Assembly (NCBI GenBank): GCA_039621445.1
Contig: CP154954.1
Coordinates: forward strand, 38,549,703-38,613,702
Reading direction: 5' to 3'
From: Euglena gracilis
Lineage: Eukaryota
Length of the DNA stretch: 64,000 nucleotides
A program made the translations under genes and the position numbers. Below the pieces are notes generated by a model. The model searched no databases. It saw only the letters and a program-made list of their open reading frames with translations, and had not been told where the DNA came from. The first letter of the stretch is position 1. Every line of letters begins with the position of its first letter. Of the stretch, positions 59,937 to 64,000 are shown piece after piece.

Positions 59937-61565
59937 AAGTCAATGGGTCGGCGGCGCAAAACGGGGCGCCGGCGGGTCGAAAAACGCTCGTTTTCGGCTC
60001 AGAAACAGTTTTTCTGGGTCCGGGAGGCCAAAAAACATCGTTTCGGGCAAAAAAAAATTTTTTCGATTTTTTTCGACTTTTTGGACCCGGTTTTTACCCA
60101 AAGTCAATGGGTCGGCGGCCCAAAACGGGGCGCCGGCGGGTCGAAAAACGCTCGTTTTCGGCTCAAAAACAGTTTTTCTGGGTCCGGGAGGCCAAAAAAC
60201 ATCGTTTCGGGCAAAAAAATTTTTTCGATTTTTTTCGACTTTTTGGACCCGGTTTTGACCCAAAGTCAATGGGTCAGCGGCCCAAAGCGGGGCCCCGGCG
60301 GGTCGAAAAACGCTCGTTTCCGGCTCAAAAACAGTTTTTCCGGGGCCGGGAGGCCAAAAAACATCGTTTCGGGCAAAAAAATTTTTTCGATTTTTTTCGA
60401 CTTTTTGGACCCGGTTTTGACCCAAAGTCAATGGGTCAGCGGCCCAAAGCGGGGCCCCGGCGGTTCGAAAAACGCTCGTTTCCGGCTCAAAAACAGTTTT
60501 TCCGGGTCCGGGAGGCCAGGCCAAAAAACATCGTTTCGGGCAAAAAAAATTTTTTCGATTTTTTTCGACTTTTTTGACCCGGTTTTGACCCAAAGTCAAT
60601 GGGTCGGCGGCCCAGAACGGGGCGCCGGCGGGTCGAAAAACGCTCGTTTTCGGCTCAAAAACCAGTTTTTTTTCCGGTTCCTGTAGCGCAAAAAACATCG
60701 TTTCGGGCAAAAAATTTTTTCGATTTTTTCAACTTTTTGGACCCGGTTTTGACCCAAAGTCAATGGGTCGGCGGCCAGAACAGAACGGGGCGACGGCGGG
60801 TTCGAGAAAAACGCTCGTTTCGGGCAAAAAAATTTTTTTCGATTTTTTTTCGACTTTTTTGACCCGGTTTTGACCCATAGTCAATGGGTCGGCGGCCCAG
60901 AACGGGGCGCCGGCGGGTCGAAAAACGCTCGTTTTCGGCTCAAAAACAGTTTTTCTGGGTCCGGGAGGCCAAAAAACATCGTTTCGGGCAAAAAAATTTT
61001 TTCGATTTTTTTCGACTTTTTTGACCCGGTTTTGACCCAAAGTCAATGGGTCAGCGGCCCAAAACGGGGCACCGGTGGGGCGAAAAACGCTCGTCTTCGG
61101 CTCAAAAGCAGTTTTTCTGGGTCCAGGAGGCCAAAAAACATCGTAAAAAAAAAAAAAAATTTTTTCGATTTTTTTCGACTTTTTTGACCCGGTTTTGAGC
61201 CAAAGTCAATGGGTCGGCGGCCCAAAACGGGGCACCGGTGGGGCGAAAAACGCTCGTTTTCGGCTCAAAAGCAGTTTTTCTGGGTCCAGGAGGCCAAAAA
61301 ACATCGTTTCGGGCAAAAAAAAATTTTTCGATTTTTTTCGACTTTTTTGACCCGGTTTTGAGCCAAAGTCAATGGGTCGGCGGCCCAAAACGGGGCACCG
61401 GTGGGGCGAAAAACGCTCGTTTTCGGCTCAAAAGCAGTTTTTCTGGGTCCAGGAGACCAAAAAACATCGTTTCGGGCAAAAAAAATTTTTTTGACTTTTT
61501 TCGACTTGACCCAAAATCAATGGGTCGGCGGCCCAAAACGGGGCGCCGGCGGGTCGAAAAACGCT
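59937..61565. repeat. Tandem satellite, ~163-bp unit, ~10 copies (orphan partial unit at 57677-57790)
   Basis: AGTCAATGGGTC recurs near 59937, 60101, 60263, 60425, 60593, 60757, 60879, 61041, 61203 and 61366, with a variant near 61515. Confidence 0.95.
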
Positions 61566-61587
61566 TGCAATGAGTACATCAGTCATC

Positions 61588-61669
61588 GGTCAGTTGGTCA
61601 AGTGGCTAAAGACACCAGCTGCAAATGCTGGTCCTCTACGGGGGCGTGGGTTCGAACCCGCACTGATCG
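61588..61669 (+). tRNA. tRNA-Leu(CAA)-like gene, atypical (G at position 33, T-arm one nt short)
   Basis: Acceptor GGTCAGT/ACTGATC, anticodon arm CCAGC-TGCAAAT-GCTGG, long variable arm, GGTTCGAACC, T5 terminator. Confidence 0.65.
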
Positions 61670-61714
61670 TTTTTCTGTATGAGAATGGCCAGAAATGGCC
61701 CAAATTGGCCAAAA

Positions 61715-62075
61715 AACGCCCGTATCTCGGGCTGGGCGGGGAGTTGCGGGGAAATCAAAATACCGGTAGATAGAGCGTTCCAAGGGCTTCAATTCAGGTC
61801 TCCGGACATTTCCTTTGATTTTGCATCATTTTGGAGAAATTTTGAAAACATCGATTTTTTGACCCCCCACCCCCCGAAAACGGCTAAGTCGAACAGTGGG
61901 AAAAGTGTACAAAACGGCCGTCCGGGCCGAAAACGGCCGTATCTCGGGCTAGGCGGGGAGTTGCGGGGAAATCAAAATACCGGTAGATGGGGCGTTCCAA
62001 GGGCTTCAAATTAGGTCTCCGGACATTTCCTTTGGTTTGGCTTCATTTTGGAGATATTTTGAAAATTGACATTTT
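61715..62075. repeat. Two direct copies (~217-bp period) of a CCGTATCTCGGGCT... repeat
   Basis: 61720 and 61937 align over ~130 bp; a third partial copy at ~62146. Confidence 0.8.
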
Positions 62076-64000
62076 GAGGGGGGGGGGGCTCATCCAGGGG
62101 GGGCGGGTAAATCCTACCGAGTTTGGACCCCTTCGCGCGTGAATAACTCGGGCCTGGCGGGGAGTTGGGGGTCAAACCCAGGTGATTCGGAAACTAGGAA
62201 TCCAGTCGCTCGCGACTGAAAAAAAAAATTTCGGGAACCGGGCCGGGATCATGGTGATAATCCGTCGGTTCTCCAGGTGGCCCCGACCGGGGGGGGGGGG
62301 GGGCGGGGGGGGGCTGGACGGGGGGGGGGATTTCGACGGTGGTAAGCTTCGCTCTTACCCATAAAGGGATAAGAGCTCAGCGACCCCCCACCTATAAACC
62401 CCCCCCACTTATAAACCCCCCAGGCCGACCAACCAAAACGGGACCTATAACCCCCCCCCCCCTGGGGAAGAAAAATGAAAACTGCCGGAAATCTTTTTCG
62501 GCTGCAAACCACTCAAAAACTGATTTTTGGCAATTTTTTGAGACCGACCATCATCAAAAATGCCATTTTTGTCCAAACTTGCCAAAATTGTCAATTTGGG
62601 GGGGTTCATTTCTGGGGGGCGGATTTTCACCAACAATTCCGGGAACTATACCCCCCCCTTCGGCCGACCAACCAAACCGGATCCTATGAACCCCGGGGGG
62701 TTTACAAGTGGGGGGATTTACACCACAGTACCCCACCCCCCACCCACACACCACAGTGCCCCACACATGAAAAACATCTTTTTTGACTCACTAGGCATCA
62801 TTTTTTGACTGACTCGGCCTTCGGCCTCGTCCAGGGGGCTCCCCGGACCCCCCCATAACCAAAGTAAGAAGGTCCTTTCTGTGCAGCTGGGGGCATCCAA
62901 CAACTAATGTTTTAGGACACCCCCAACTCCCCCACACCCCCCACCCCCCACACACATCCCACACATTCCCTCACACACCCCTCCACCCCCACACATACCT
63001 CCCACAGTACCCCACACTTAAGTGTGGGGGCTCCACTTTATACCATTGGTGAAAGATTCACAAAAAAATGGAAATTTGCGCAGAAGATATGCCAACAAGA
63101 GCGTCCATTTTTAATATAAAAAAAACCTAACAATCTCCCCCCCCCCCAATATAAAGCACCCCCAGGGGGTTTGGTTTTGCTGCCCAAATATAATCCGATT
63201 TTGAGTGCGCAATAAACTGGGGGTTCATTATCTGGGGGAAGGTTAACACACCCATCGTACTGGGTGTCCAAAAATTTACCTGGCCATGTTTCCTGTCTCG
63301 CCCATCAACTTTCACTTGCATTGTACTCTACTCCCTTGTATTGGCCAAAAACAAACTCTTTTTGGGGGGGGGGCTTTATATTTGGGGGAAAATCAACTGG
63401 GTGGGCTTTAAAAATGTTGGTAGCTTTCCACCAGTCAACTAGCATTCTTATGCCAAATTTTGGTTACCAACCTCCTATTTTCCCCGAAATGTGCAATTGT
63501 AACCCAAAATGGAGCATTTCTGGTGAAAAAAAATGCATCCACCCAAAAAGTTTTCTGCTTTTTCCGGAATGGTATCATCGTCTGGATCAATATCAAGAGG
63601 GGGGGGCACCAAACCCAAGATGGTCCAAGGGCTTTGCCCTTGGGGGCAGGCATTTGCTTAAGGACCCCGGGGGGGGGGGTACTGGCTAGCCAATCGGCTA
63701 GACACTGAAAATAAGGACTAGCTAGAACCCCCCCCTGGGGGGGGGGGGGTCCGGGGGTTCCCCGAACTGGAAAAATGAGGTTTTTAATAGGTTTTTGGCT
63801 GATTTTGTTCCAAAAATTCCCAAAAATGGCTAAAAAAAACGGGCATTTTTGGCCATTTTTGGAGGTCCACAAAAAAATTTTCGGCACTTCGCGCCGGTCA
63901 CTGGAAAAAAAATTCCACTAGCTAGCCCTGCTAGCAGACCCCGGGGGGGGGGGTCTGCTAGCCACTAGCCAAATTTGGACTAGCTGCAGTCCAGCCCCCC

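Noticed and set aside
59853-60710. Long ORFs (232-277 aa) across the satellite
   Set aside because: Open in several frames on both strands because the repeat unit lacks stops there; frames shift with homopolymer length

Overview
This is repeat-dense eukaryotic nuclear DNA, very probably euglenid. The basis is GC-rich mini-exons separated by introns that lack GT-AG ends and instead have base-pairing termini (CAG at +4..6 / CTG at -8..-6), alongside some ordinary GT-AG introns. I reconstructed by hand a ~25-exon minus-strand gene (27664 to ~2877, ~710 aa) for a signal-peptide-bearing GT77/RAY1-like glycosyltransferase; almost all of its introns are nonconventional, up to 5.3 kb. A second minus-strand multi-exon gene (~46.5 to ~30.5 kb) encodes a Pro/Ser/Arg-rich protein of unknown function, and its resolvable introns are mostly GT-AG. 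Introns and intergenic DNA contain TA-flanked MITEs with poly-C/poly-G termini, GGCAG...CTGCC foldback elements in (TA)n, a decayed chromovirus pol fragment, other retroelement fossils, microsatellites, and a MITE-bounded templated insertion that copied one host exon into another intron. A 4.9-kb block (57506-62381) is bounded by 11-bp inverted repeats with a terminal hairpin. It carries defective tRNA-like Pol III units, G-rich repeats and a ~163-bp satellite. All family assignments come from motif recognition; no database searches were run. Most ORFs in the supplied track are artefacts of repeats.
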